Source of the DNA: Ruminococcus sp.
GTDB lineage: Bacteria; Bacillota; Clostridia; Oscillospirales; Ruminococcaceae
Direction: 5' to 3'
Assembly (NCBI GenBank): GCA_017960805.1
Contig: JAGCYM010000023.1
Coordinates: 43,103-107,102, forward strand
Length of the DNA: 64,000 nucleotides
Below the pieces are notes generated by a model that had not been told where the DNA came from, searched no databases, and saw only the letters and a program-made list of their open reading frames with translations. Below, in pieces: positions 1 through 9,923 of this stretch (positions are counted from its first letter, which is position 1; the number at the start of each line of letters is the position of its first letter). Made by a program: the position numbers and the translations under genes.

Positions 1-164
1 ACAAGCATAACTCCCTATACAACGACAATTGACAAAGCTGTCACAACAGGCTAATATCATGAAATTACCATAAATATATAATAATTGGTAGATTATTTCT
101 TAACGTCGTTGTATGATAATGCTAAGATAAGTTCGCAATGCATATGACGAACGGAGGAAATACA

Positions 165-1583
165 ATGAATAAAAAATTAATCTGTGCTGCTTTTGCAGCT
201 TCTATGATCCTTTCAGCTTGTGGCAGTAATAATACAAACGATACAGATAGTATCGCCCCTACAACAAAAGCTACAACCGAACCAACTACTGAAGCAGCTA
301 CTGAAGAAATTGTTGATGTTCCAGAACTTGAAGGATATACACTTCTCTGGCATGACGAATTCAGTGGCAGTGAACTCGATGACAGTATATGGAACATGGA
401 AGCACGCCAGCCAGGCTGGACTAATAATGAGCTTCAGGAATACACACAGAAAAAGGAAAACATTTTCACACGTGACGGAAAGCTTGTTCTAAAAGCAATT
501 AAGACTGAAGAAAATGGCAAGCCATACTATACATCCGGAAAAGTCAACTCTCATAATAAGACTGATTTCATGTATGGAAAGGTTGTTGCAAGAGCAAAAG
601 TTCCAGAAGGTCAAGGATTATGGCCTGCTATCTGGATGATGCCTCAGGATGAGAGTTTCTATGGACAATGGCCTAAATGCGGCGAAATTGACATCATGGA
701 AGTTCTCGGAAGTGAAGTTAAAAAAGCATATGGTACAGTTCACTACGGAGAGCCCCATGCAGAACAGCAGGGAACCGTTGAACTTGACAATGGTACTTTC
801 GCTTCTGATTTCCACGAGTATTCAGTAGAATGGGAACCAGGTGAAATGAGCTGGTATATTGACAATAATCTTTATCTTACTGTTAATGACTGGTTTACAG
901 CTGAAAAGGATCAGGATGACAAGCCATACCCCGCTCCATTCAACCAGAACTTCTATGTACAGATGAACCTTGCTGTTGGAGGAGACTGGCCTAAGAATCC
1001 AGATGAAACAACTGATTTCGATAAGGCAGAATTCCTCATCGACTATGTACGTGTTTATCAGAAACCTGAATACGATACAAATGTTAAGAAGCCTGAAAAG
1101 GTATTCCGTGAAGCTACCGAAGACGGCAACTTCATTTATAACGGGGATTTCTCAGAAGCAGAAGATCTTACAGATGATGTAAACTGGAAGTTCCTCCTCT
1201 TTGAAGGCGGTGATGGTTCTGCTGAAATTAAAGATAATACAATGATTATTACAACAAAGGAACAAGGTACCGTAGATTACTCCGTACAACTTGTACAGTT
1301 TGATCAGCCTATGTATAAAGGCAAGAAATACCGTGTAACCTTTGACGCATGGGCAGATGAAGAACGTGATATGATTGTATGTGTATCCGCTCCTAATGTT
1401 GATTGGATACGTTATCTCCCGGATACACTACTTACATTGTCAACAGAGAAGACAACTTACACCTACGAATTCGAGATGACAAAGAAGGACGATAATTACG
1501 GACGCCTTGAGTTCAATATGGGCAACAAGGGATCAACCGCAACTATCTATATCCAGAATGTTAGACTTGAAGAGATCGAGTAA
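165..1583 (+). CDS. Lipoprotein GH16 beta-1,3(4)-glucanase with C-terminal CBM4-type module
   Basis: Lipobox LSAC; Thr/Glu linker; GH16 motifs WPAIWM and EIDIME; C-terminal NGDFS...YSVQL module. GGAGG RBS favours ATG 165 over 138. Confidence 0.9.
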   Translation: MNKKLICAAFAASMILSACGSNNTNDTDSIAPTTKATTEPTTEAATEEIVDVPELEGYTLLWHDEFSGSELDDSIWNMEARQPGWTNNELQEYTQKKENIFTRDGKLVLKAIKTEENGKPYYTSGKVNSHNKTDFMYGKVVARAKVPEGQGLWPAIWMMPQDESFYGQWPKCGEIDIMEVLGSEVKKAYGTVHYGEPHAEQQGTVELDNGTFASDFHEYSVEWEPGEMSWYIDNNLYLTVNDWFTAEKDQDDKPYPAPFNQNFYVQMNLAVGGDWPKNPDETTDFDKAEFLIDYVRVYQKPEYDTNVKKPEKVFREATEDGNFIYNGDFSEAEDLTDDVNWKFLLFEGGDGSAEIKDNTMIITTKEQGTVDYSVQLVQFDQPMYKGKKYRVTFDAWADEERDMIVCVSAPNVDWIRYLPDTLLTLSTEKTTYTYEFEMTKKDDNYGRLEFNMGNKGSTATIYIQNVRLEEIE

Positions 1584-1650
1584 ACTACCATCTTAGGTAA
1601 TGACATAATATGAAATTCCCTCTATAAAATGATAGAATTTTTCCCTGAGC

Positions 1651-1689
1651 CAGAAGCTGTCACACACGTGACAGCTTTTGGTCTTTTTT
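1651..1689 (+). terminator. Rho-independent terminator
   Basis: Stem AAGCTGTCAC/GTGACAGCTT followed by T-tract, downstream of GH16. Confidence 0.75.
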
Positions 1690-1869
1690 GTGCAAAACAC
1701 AGAAATCTTTTATCAATTTCTACGTTTTGTCCACCCATTCTGTGGAAATGTGGCTTGAAATTGTCATACTAATGTGTTAATATAATATTAATATGTATGT
1801 ATCGTAAACAGATTGTAGAGAGGATCTGCAGTCAAACCTTAAGGGAAATAATGGTGAAGGAGAATTGAA

Positions 1870-4845
1870 ATGAAGAAAATTATTTCAGCAGTAGCCACAG
1901 CTTTGCTCTCAACTGTGGCTTTGTGTGCGGCTGTTCCAGCAGTTACGCACGCAGAAAACCCGATTGTACAGACATCTTTCACACCTGACCCCGCTCCAGT
2001 CGTATTCGATGACGAGCTCTGGGTATTCACAGGCTGTGACCGTGAAGGCAACAACGACTTCTACTACATGACAGGCTGGCAAGCTTTCTCAACTAAGGAT
2101 ATGAAGAACTGGACAGACCATGGCCGTATCCTTGAGGACACAAGCTTCAGTTGGTGCAACAAAAATGATGCATGGGCTTCACAGTGTATCGAACGAAATG
2201 GTAAATACTATTTTTACTTCACTACCACAAATAAGACTGGCGGCGGAAGAGCTATCGGCGTTGCAGTCGCGGATTCTCCGGAAGGACCTTATAAGGATCC
2301 TAACGGAAAGCCTCTATGCGGTCCTAACTGGGATTATATAGACCCGACTGTTATGATTGATGATGACGGACAGGCTTGGCTGATGTTCGGAAATCCTAAA
2401 TGCTACTATGTCAAGCTGAAAGAGGACATGGTAACATTGGACGGTCAGATCAAGCAATTCGATATGACCTCCCAGCAGTTCGGTCCTGCTTCCGGTCAAC
2501 ACTCCACTTCATACGGTGAAGGTCCGTGGATATGCAAACATAATAATCTTTACTATCTCATCTGGGCTTCGTTTGTTGACGGATTCGGCGGTGAGAGTCA
2601 ATGCTATGCAACAAGTAATTCAGTAACTGGTCCATGGAAATACGGCGGTGTTATACAACAGGGCTCGAATTCCTTCACAACACACGGAGGTATCATTGAC
2701 TATAAAGACCACTCATACTTCTTCTACCACAAGAATGGACTTCCTGGAGGCGGTTCATTCAACAGAAGTGCTTCCTGCGAAGAATTCACATTCAACGCTG
2801 ACGGTTCAATTCCCGTTATGAAGCTCACAAGTACAGGACCAGACCAACTCGAACCTCTCAATCCATTTGAAAGAGTTGAGGCAGAAACAATCTGCTGGAG
2901 CGAAGGTATCAAGACCGAAAAGGACGAGAGCAACTCTGTCTGCATCGGAAGCATCAAAAAAGGCAGCTATATCAAGGTTGCAGGTGTTGATTTCGGTGAC
3001 GGAGCTGATAAATTCACTGCAAGTGTAGCTTCTGCAGAAAGCGGCGGAAACATCGAACTTCATCTGGACAGCAAAACAGGTCCAATTGTCGGAAATCTTA
3101 AGACAGGTGGAACAGGCGGCTGGCATAACTGGGAAGAGGTTAGCTGTGATGTTTCAGGCGCCAGCGGCGAACACGATCTCTACCTTGTATTCAACGGCGG
3201 AGACGGTTATCTTATGAATGTTGACTGGTGGAAATTCGACGGAGCTGGTTCAACCTCTTCAGAAGTTGACCAGACATATCTGTTCAAGGGCGAATTTGAA
3301 GGAAAGCTTGATGGATTCTCAGACAGAGGCGGTGCAACCGTAACCGCAAGCAAAGATGAAGCTTACGAGGGTGACGGCTCAGCATACTGCTCAGATCGTT
3401 CTGCTTCATGGAAGGGAATCGGTAGATCTCTCAACTATAAATTCAAAGCTGGTGAGAGCTACAGCTTCTCTGCTATAGTTAAATACACAGAAGGCGCTCC
3501 TTCAACCACATTCCATTTGACACTTCAGTATACCGATTCAAACGGTGATACACAATATGATAAGATTGACACACAGGATGTAATCAAGGGTGAATGGACT
3601 CAGCTTGCAAATACAAGCTACAAAATTCCTGAAGGCGCCAAGAGTCCTCTTATATATATCGAAACAGAAAATGACTCAGACGATGATACACCGGCAACTA
3701 ATTTCTATGTTGATAATTTCTACGCTGCCGTTGACGGCACGCAGATAGACGGACCTAAGGGCGTTAAAGTTATTCCTGGTGATATCAACGGAGACGAAAG
3801 AATTGACACATTTGATGTTGTTCTCGCTAGAAAAGGTGCAATAAACGGCCTTACAGGTGCTTCACTTAAGGCTGCAGATGTAAATGGTGACGGCAAAGTT
3901 ACTGTTGCTGACCTCGTACAGTTAAGTGAATATGTTCTCGGTAAGAGAAAATCATTCACTAAGGAAACACCAGTTACAACAACAACTACTACACAGTCAC
4001 AGCAGCCGACAGTAACTCAAGCAGTAGTTGATCATCTTTCAATGAAAGATTTCACAGCAAAAGTTTCTTCAACAATAGCTGAAAAGGATCCAAGTTCAGC
4101 TACTCAGTCGAAGAACGGTGTGACATATGGTCAGATTCAGAATAAGACATATTATTCTAATACCTGCAAGAGAAACAAGAAGTACAATGTACTCCTGCCT
4201 CCTAATTATACTACCAGCAAGAAGTACCCAGTAATGTATATTCTCCATGGCTACTATGAAAACCCAGACAGAATGCTTACAAAGGGCAATGCGGATATGC
4301 ATACGCGTGAAATGCTGGGAAATGCAATAGCAGAAGGCGCAGCAAAGGAAATGATCTGCGTATTCCCTGATGTATATTCAAGTGCAACTCAGGATGCTGT
4401 TACAGGAATGGATGACAATAACAACAGAGCTTATGACAACTTTATCAATCAGCTCAAGAACGATCTCATGCCTGAGATCGAGAAGAACTACAGTGTTCTG
4501 ACAGGCAAGGATAACACGGCTATAACAGGCTTCTCAATGGGTGGACGTGAGTCTCTTCTCATAGGTATGCAGATGTCTGATCAGATTGGTTACATCGGTG
4601 CTATCTGCCCAGCTCCAGGAGTTACAGGTTCATTCAACTTCAGTTCTGACAAACAGCCTTACTTCCTTATGATTACAGGTGGAAGCAACGATACTGTTGT
4701 ATATGATAATCCAAAGACTTATCATGAAAACTTCCAGAAAAACGGAGTACCTCATGTTTGGCACTATGTTAACGGTGGATATCATGGTGATAACTCTATA
4801 AATGCTCACCTTTATAATTTCTTCCGTATAGCATTCCAGAACTAA
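1870..4845 (+). CDS. Multimodular cellulosomal enzyme: GH43 (GH43_29-like) - CBM6 - CBM22/CBM4_9 - dockerin - CE1 esterase
   Basis: Signal peptide; NPIVQ..PDPAP, WASQ, IDP and EGPW GH43 motifs; VEAE..GGW..W CBM6; dockerin GDINGDERIDTFD...ADVNGDGKVTVADL; esterase GFSMGG. Confidence 0.9.
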   Translation: MKKIISAVATALLSTVALCAAVPAVTHAENPIVQTSFTPDPAPVVFDDELWVFTGCDREGNNDFYYMTGWQAFSTKDMKNWTDHGRILEDTSFSWCNKNDAWASQCIERNGKYYFYFTTTNKTGGGRAIGVAVADSPEGPYKDPNGKPLCGPNWDYIDPTVMIDDDGQAWLMFGNPKCYYVKLKEDMVTLDGQIKQFDMTSQQFGPASGQHSTSYGEGPWICKHNNLYYLIWASFVDGFGGESQCYATSNSVTGPWKYGGVIQQGSNSFTTHGGIIDYKDHSYFFYHKNGLPGGGSFNRSASCEEFTFNADGSIPVMKLTSTGPDQLEPLNPFERVEAETICWSEGIKTEKDESNSVCIGSIKKGSYIKVAGVDFGDGADKFTASVASAESGGNIELHLDSKTGPIVGNLKTGGTGGWHNWEEVSCDVSGASGEHDLYLVFNGGDGYLMNVDWWKFDGAGSTSSEVDQTYLFKGEFEGKLDGFSDRGGATVTASKDEAYEGDGSAYCSDRSASWKGIGRSLNYKFKAGESYSFSAIVKYTEGAPSTTFHLTLQYTDSNGDTQYDKIDTQDVIKGEWTQLANTSYKIPEGAKSPLIYIETENDSDDDTPATNFYVDNFYAAVDGTQIDGPKGVKVIPGDINGDERIDTFDVVLARKGAINGLTGASLKAADVNGDGKVTVADLVQLSEYVLGKRKSFTKETPVTTTTTTQSQQPTVTQAVVDHLSMKDFTAKVSSTIAEKDPSSATQSKNGVTYGQIQNKTYYSNTCKRNKKYNVLLPPNYTTSKKYPVMYILHGYYENPDRMLTKGNADMHTREMLGNAIAEGAAKEMICVFPDVYSSATQDAVTGMDDNNNRAYDNFINQLKNDLMPEIEKNYSVLTGKDNTAITGFSMGGRESLLIGMQMSDQIGYIGAICPAPGVTGSFNFSSDKQPYFLMITGGSNDTVVYDNPKTYHENFQKNGVPHVWHYVNGGYHGDNSINAHLYNFFRIAFQN

Positions 4846-4877
4846 TTAGCAATAATTCTTTTCTTTCAGTTCAAATT

Positions 4878-4914
4878 AAAATGGTTGTTGAGATAATCTC
4901 AACAACCATTTTTT
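4878..4914. terminator. Bidirectional terminator
   Basis: AAAATGGTTGTTGAGA/TCTCAACAACCATTTT inverted repeat between convergent genes. Confidence 0.85.
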
Positions 4915-4915
4915 G

Positions 4916-5332
4916 TCATTCCTCAGGTTCTTTAATCTCTCCTACAATTGGAACAGGATCGATTCCTTGACGAGTATAGTAATCAGATAACGCTGATCTT
5001 ACTGCCTGTTCAGCAAGTACAGAACAGTGTATCTTAACAGCAGGAAGACCGTCTAGAGCTTCTACAACTGCCTGATTTGTAAGTTTTAGTGCATCATCGA
5101 TAGATTTCCCTTTGATCAGTTCTGTAGCCATTGAAGATGTGGCTACAGCCGCACCACACCCGAATGTTTTAAATTTAGCATCTGTAATAATATTATCGTC
5201 TATTTTCAGATACATCTTCATTATATCTCCACATTTTGCATTGCCTATTTCGCCAATACCATCTGCATCCTCTATCTCTCCGACATTTCGTGGATTTGAA
5301 AAGTGGTCAAGAACTTTTTCACTATATAACAT
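4916..5332 (-). CDS. iscU: Fe-S cluster scaffold IscU/NifU
   Basis: YSEKVLDHF.NPRN, CGD, FGCG and LPAVKIHCSVLA motifs. Confidence 0.95.
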   Translation of the reverse strand: MLYSEKVLDHFSNPRNVGEIEDADGIGEIGNAKCGDIMKMYLKIDDNIITDAKFKTFGCGAAVATSSMATELIKGKSIDDALKLTNQAVVEALDGLPAVKIHCSVLAEQAVRSALSDYYTRQGIDPVPIVGEIKEPEE

Positions 5333-5344
5333 AATTTTTTCTCC

Positions 5345-6535
5345 TTATTCGTATTTTTCGCCCTTCATCATTTTTTCCCATACAGGTGACATTTCACGTA
5401 ATCTGCCAACAACTTTCGGTACAACCTCAAGGATGTAATCCACATCCTCGTCTGATACATTTTCTTCTATCGAAAGTCTCATCGATCCATGAGCAACCTC
5501 ATGCTTAAGCCCTAATGCTAGCAACACATGCGAAGGGTCAAGAGAACCTGAAGTACATGCCGATCCTGATGAAGCACAAATACCGTTCATATCAAGCATA
5601 AGAAGTAATGATTCTCCCTCTATACCTTCTATTGAGATATTGATATTTCCTGGTAGTCTTTTATCCCTATCTCCGTTCAGACGTGTATATGGAAGCTTCA
5701 GTATTCCATCAATCAGTTTATTACGAAGCGGAATTATTTTTTCATTCTTATCAGCTATATTACGTGTAGCGTTTTCAATCGCAACTCCAAGTCCGACAAT
5801 TGCTGGTACATTTTCAGTTCCCGCACGTCTTCCACGTTCCTGACCGCCACCATGTATCAGATTAGGAAGATTAATCCCCTTTCTAACATAAAGAGCACCA
5901 ATCCCCTTCTGAGCATGAATTTTATGACCAGAAAGTGAAAGCATGTCGATTCCCTGCTTGTGGACATCTATATCAACATGGCCAACAGCCTGTACTGCGT
6001 CAGTATGGAACAAGACTCCCTTCTCATGACAAATCGTAGCTATTTCATCTATAGGCTGTATAGTACCTATCTCGTTATTTGCATACATGATTGTAACAAG
6101 TGCAGTATCATCACGGATAGCATTTTTAACATCCTCAGGATCTATCAGTCCCTTGTCATTGATAGGTACATAGGTAACTTCAAATCCATGTTTTTCAAGA
6201 TATTGTGTTGTATGCAAAACAGCGTGATGTTCAAATACTGAAGTTACAATATGCTTCTTTCCTTTTTGGGACATCAACTCAGCGGTGCCTTTTATCGCCC
6301 AGTTATCAGATTCTGAACCACAGCTGGTAAAAAATATTTCTCGCGGATCCGCACCAAGAGCTTTCGCAACTTTGTCACGTGAATCTTCGATTGCGCGCTG
6401 AGCATCACGTCCAAGTTTGTAGATACTTGAAGCATTTCCATATCCTTCACGGAAATATGGCAGCATTGCCTCTATTACTTCTTCTGAAACTGCAGTAGTT
6501 GCTGCATTATCAGCATAAATAAACCTTTTATCCAT
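5345..6535 (-). CDS. iscS: Cysteine desulfurase IscS/NifS
   Basis: [15 protein letters not shown] lysine, SSGSACTS catalytic Cys. Confidence 0.95.
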   Translation of the reverse strand: MDKRFIYADNAATTAVSEEVIEAMLPYFREGYGNASSIYKLGRDAQRAIEDSRDKVAKALGADPREIFFTSCGSESDNWAIKGTAELMSQKGKKHIVTSVFEHHAVLHTTQYLEKHGFEVTYVPINDKGLIDPEDVKNAIRDDTALVTIMYANNEIGTIQPIDEIATICHEKGVLFHTDAVQAVGHVDIDVHKQGIDMLSLSGHKIHAQKGIGALYVRKGINLPNLIHGGGQERGRRAGTENVPAIVGLGVAIENATRNIADKNEKIIPLRNKLIDGILKLPYTRLNGDRDKRLPGNINISIEGIEGESLLLMLDMNGICASSGSACTSGSLDPSHVLLALGLKHEVAHGSMRLSIEENVSDEDVDYILEVVPKVVGRLREMSPVWEKMMKGEKYE

Positions 6536-6652
6536 TATCAGGCCTCCGATTAATATATATTTCCTATCGACTTAGTATATTATAACATAAAAGAAAGAAC
6601 TATAGCTTATTTGTTAACCTTAGTAAACTCCGAATTATAAACTAATTATAAA

Positions 6653-6692
6653 AAAGATGAGATTATAGTATGGTTATTGATAATCTCATCTT
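6653..6692 (-). terminator. Probable terminator
   Basis: AAGATGAGATTAT/ATAATCTCATCTT inverted repeat downstream of the minus-strand GH43 gene. Confidence 0.65.
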
Positions 6693-6706
6693 AAAAACAT
6701 ATTCAC

Positions 6707-9631
6707 TTATTTTACTATTACTGTTGCTTTTATATTCCTGAAAGCAGCAGGAATATACGGATCACTAACTGTGTTTATAACTGGTTCTCCATCGTTATTG
6801 AAGTTTATTTTACGTATTCTGGTATGACGGCATGGATCATACAGAGGATCACTTGCATATGTGCCACAAGCTTTTGAGGCATGAGAATCCGGTCTCGAAT
6901 GATAAACAAAAAGAATATCTCCATTGCTGTCCTTAACAAAGCAATTGTGGCCTGGTCCTGACTCACCATCAAGATCTGAAGTTGATAATACCGGCTTATC
7001 AAGTTTCTTCCAGTTTTTTATATTCATCAGATCAGAGTCTATATCTGCTTCCATCCTGCCTACACAGTATTCTGAACCGGTTCCAGAAGCCGAAAAATAT
7101 ACATACACCTTTTTATCAGTCTTCAGCACAGCTGGTCCTTCATTAACTCTATGGTTAACAAGTTCCCAGTCATATTCCGGCTTCGTAAGAAGAATAGGAG
7201 CGGAAATCAGTTTCCATGGCTCAGCAGGATTGATTTCAGCCATAAAAAGTGAGGAATCTCCTTTAATCTCCGCCCAGATAACATAATGTTTTCCATTGCA
7301 CTCAAAATATGTCATATCAAGGGAGAAACTCCTGAAGGATTCAGTATCTCCTGAAGAAGCCTGCATCTGACCACACTCAGTCCAGGAATCCAGATACGGA
7401 TTGTCTCCCTCACATTTCAGAACATATGGACGTATGGCCCATATATCGCTACTAGATCCAGCCGCAAAGAAAATATACCATACACCGCCTATCTTATGCA
7501 TCTCCGGCGCCCATATATGCTTGGCCATAATGCCACTTGAATGAGCCTTCCAAATCACTTTTTCTTCAGCCTGTGCAAGGCCCTCAATACTGTTACTACA
7601 GCGAAGAACTATTCTGTCATATCCTTTATCAACACTTCCGTAAGCGGGATATGACGCAGTAAAATAATAGTATCCGTTTTCACCGTCTACAATATATGGA
7701 TCAGCACGCTCTGAAATAAAGGGATTCGTAAAACCCTCCATAGGCGAAACCAGTTTACCAGTTATCTGATGCACTCCTAAATCACTCGTATCAACAACAC
7801 AAAAGTCATCATCATTATCCCAGTTTACTTTGATATCTGATGAAGTACCATCACTGTATCTGGCTTTTACTGTAGATGGCTTGAAGGTTTTTATTCCATA
7901 CGGACAATAATACACAGGTGGTTCAATATCAGTTATTACTGGCTGAAGTCCATCCGATGGGAATGCATTAACAAGTGCTGTATACTGATCTGCGTTGATA
8001 GGAATAACATAACCGTGGCGAGGAGTAAAATTGAAACTGTAATTACTGCGGTTTACTGTTTTAAAGTTTTCAAGATCTGTTGTTGACTGCATTACATAAT
8101 AGCCATCACCGTAAGCATCAGACATCATCAGCCACTCATCAGTACCTAAATTCTTATAGATATTCGGCCCCTCAACACCTAAGCTTCCTTCAGAAACCTG
8201 TTTTATCTCTCTGTAAGGACCTGAAGCATTATCAGATTTAGCAAGATAAATGCGTTTGTTTGTCTCGTTTTTATAGTACATGTAATATGTTCCATTCTCA
8301 AAAATGATATCAGAATCAATAGCATCATTTCCATTAGCAGGAGCAAAGAGAACAGCAGGAGTTGTATCAAGCTTCTTCAGATCCTTGCTATATGCATAAT
8401 ACATAATTGTTCTGTCATCAATTCCAGGTACTCTAGCCGCAAAGTAAATCATATATGAGTTCTTAGCAGGGTCATAGATTGCCTGAGGAGCCCATGCACG
8501 ATCAGCGCCATTCATGTTGGGATACTGATTAGCAATAGGAATAATGGCTTCATCAAACCAGTGTACTAGATCAGTTGATGTCGCAGATATCAGATCACGA
8601 TTGCTGTTCCAGCCAAGAGAAGACTTCATATCGGTTGCCAGCATATGATATAATCCGTCTTCTCCCTTGAAAATATACGGATCACGAATACACTTTGTTC
8701 CAGAACTTGATCCCCAGACAGCCTTTCCGCCGTTTAGAGCTTTGAAATTGTACCCATCAAGGCTTACAGCATATGAAAGTCTTTCCTGCTCAGGGGCGTT
8801 TCCAAGGAAGTAAGCAAACAGATAAGCAACATCCGGCTTGGAATACGAGATCTCGCAATAAGAATCCATACTATTCCTCACTCCAAGTATCTGTTGAGTA
8901 AGCAATTCAAAGTCCTTTTCGTTTACAATAGCATCCTTGTTCAGATCAGCCACTGAAGTAGTAATTTTATCCGTTCCACATAAAACAGCTTTTTCCATAA
9001 AGATTCGATCAAAAGTATCAACTACACCATCGAAATTCAGATCACCGCAAACTAATCTGTATTTGTCATCAACTGGACGAATATAGAATTTCTGTCCTTC
9101 ACCGCCCCAGTAATCCCACTGATCGATGTCAGCACCATTATCATAACTGATGTCATATACATCAAGAGCAGCATTACCAGAACATTCAGCGGTAATATAA
9201 TATGCATCATCTGTTCTGTGAAGAATAAACCGCTGTGCGGAAGAATCAACATATTTGTCAAGATATATTGTGTTTCCGTTTGTATTATCACCATTCTTGA
9301 CAGTCAGGGCTTTAGAACTATCCTTCGCAGAGAGGATGCTGCACAAGCCATCTCCAGCCGATACTATTTTCCACTGCTGAGACTTGTCATCAAGCTTTTC
9401 CCATTGATGTACATTCCCATCACCTGATGCTGTAACATATTTCCCGCTGAGACGAACCATTATCGTATACTCAGTTCCGCAAACAACATCGCCAAATGTG
9501 TCAGCATATACAGCAGAAACCATTTCAGACCCATCCGCATTTATTGCGTTAACAGGTAAAGATACAGGTGCAGATGTGATGGCAAGCCCAGCACTTACAG
9601 TCATTGCTGCAGACTTTAGAAATTTCTTCAC
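6707..9631 (-). CDS. Ricin/CBM13 - dockerin - GH43 - Ig-like - GH43 (GH43_26-like) arabinofuranosidase
   Basis: GTG start with GGAGG RBS; QxW ricin repeats; dockerin GDLNFDGVVDTFD; first GH43 has IRDPYI/WAPQ/ID/EGP; second has RADPYI/WAPEMH/VNEGP. Confidence 0.85.
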   Translation of the reverse strand: MKKFLKSAAMTVSAGLAITSAPVSLPVNAINADGSEMVSAVYADTFGDVVCGTEYTIMVRLSGKYVTASGDGNVHQWEKLDDKSQQWKIVSAGDGLCSILSAKDSSKALTVKNGDNTNGNTIYLDKYVDSSAQRFILHRTDDAYYITAECSGNAALDVYDISYDNGADIDQWDYWGGEGQKFYIRPVDDKYRLVCGDLNFDGVVDTFDRIFMEKAVLCGTDKITTSVADLNKDAIVNEKDFELLTQQILGVRNSMDSYCEISYSKPDVAYLFAYFLGNAPEQERLSYAVSLDGYNFKALNGGKAVWGSSSGTKCIRDPYIFKGEDGLYHMLATDMKSSLGWNSNRDLISATSTDLVHWFDEAIIPIANQYPNMNGADRAWAPQAIYDPAKNSYMIYFAARVPGIDDRTIMYYAYSKDLKKLDTTPAVLFAPANGNDAIDSDIIFENGTYYMYYKNETNKRIYLAKSDNASGPYREIKQVSEGSLGVEGPNIYKNLGTDEWLMMSDAYGDGYYVMQSTTDLENFKTVNRSNYSFNFTPRHGYVIPINADQYTALVNAFPSDGLQPVITDIEPPVYYCPYGIKTFKPSTVKARYSDGTSSDIKVNWDNDDDFCVVDTSDLGVHQITGKLVSPMEGFTNPFISERADPYIVDGENGYYYFTASYPAYGSVDKGYDRIVLRCSNSIEGLAQAEEKVIWKAHSSGIMAKHIWAPEMHKIGGVWYIFFAAGSSSDIWAIRPYVLKCEGDNPYLDSWTECGQMQASSGDTESFRSFSLDMTYFECNGKHYVIWAEIKGDSSLFMAEINPAEPWKLISAPILLTKPEYDWELVNHRVNEGPAVLKTDKKVYVYFSASGTGSEYCVGRMEADIDSDLMNIKNWKKLDKPVLSTSDLDGESGPGHNCFVKDSNGDILFVYHSRPDSHASKACGTYASDPLYDPCRHTRIRKINFNNDGEPVINTVSDPYIPAAFRNIKATVIVK

Positions 9632-9923
9632 TTTCCTAACCTCCTTTAAATTATTTCAGGTCACAAATAGTAATTTAATTATATCATGACAGAAGAAGAA
9701 GTGTCAATGATATAATGTGCGCAACTCTAAAATAGTGAAAATGCCTAAAAAAGGAGATAATAATTGTATGAAACGTGAATTGATAAAGATTTTCGATAAT
9801 GGTATAATTATGATATATGGTTATGTAAAAACATCACCTATAGGCAAGATGAGGGATCGATAAAGAAGATTGAATAAGGGAGCGATTTTGAAGGTTAAAA
9901 AACGGAAAAGGGGAATTTTAGCT

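Noticed and set aside
35-1664. AAGCTGTCACA occurring on both sides of the GH16 gene as a possible target-site duplication
   Set aside because: One copy is in a promoter spacer and the other in a terminator stem; only 11 bp and no mobility gene.
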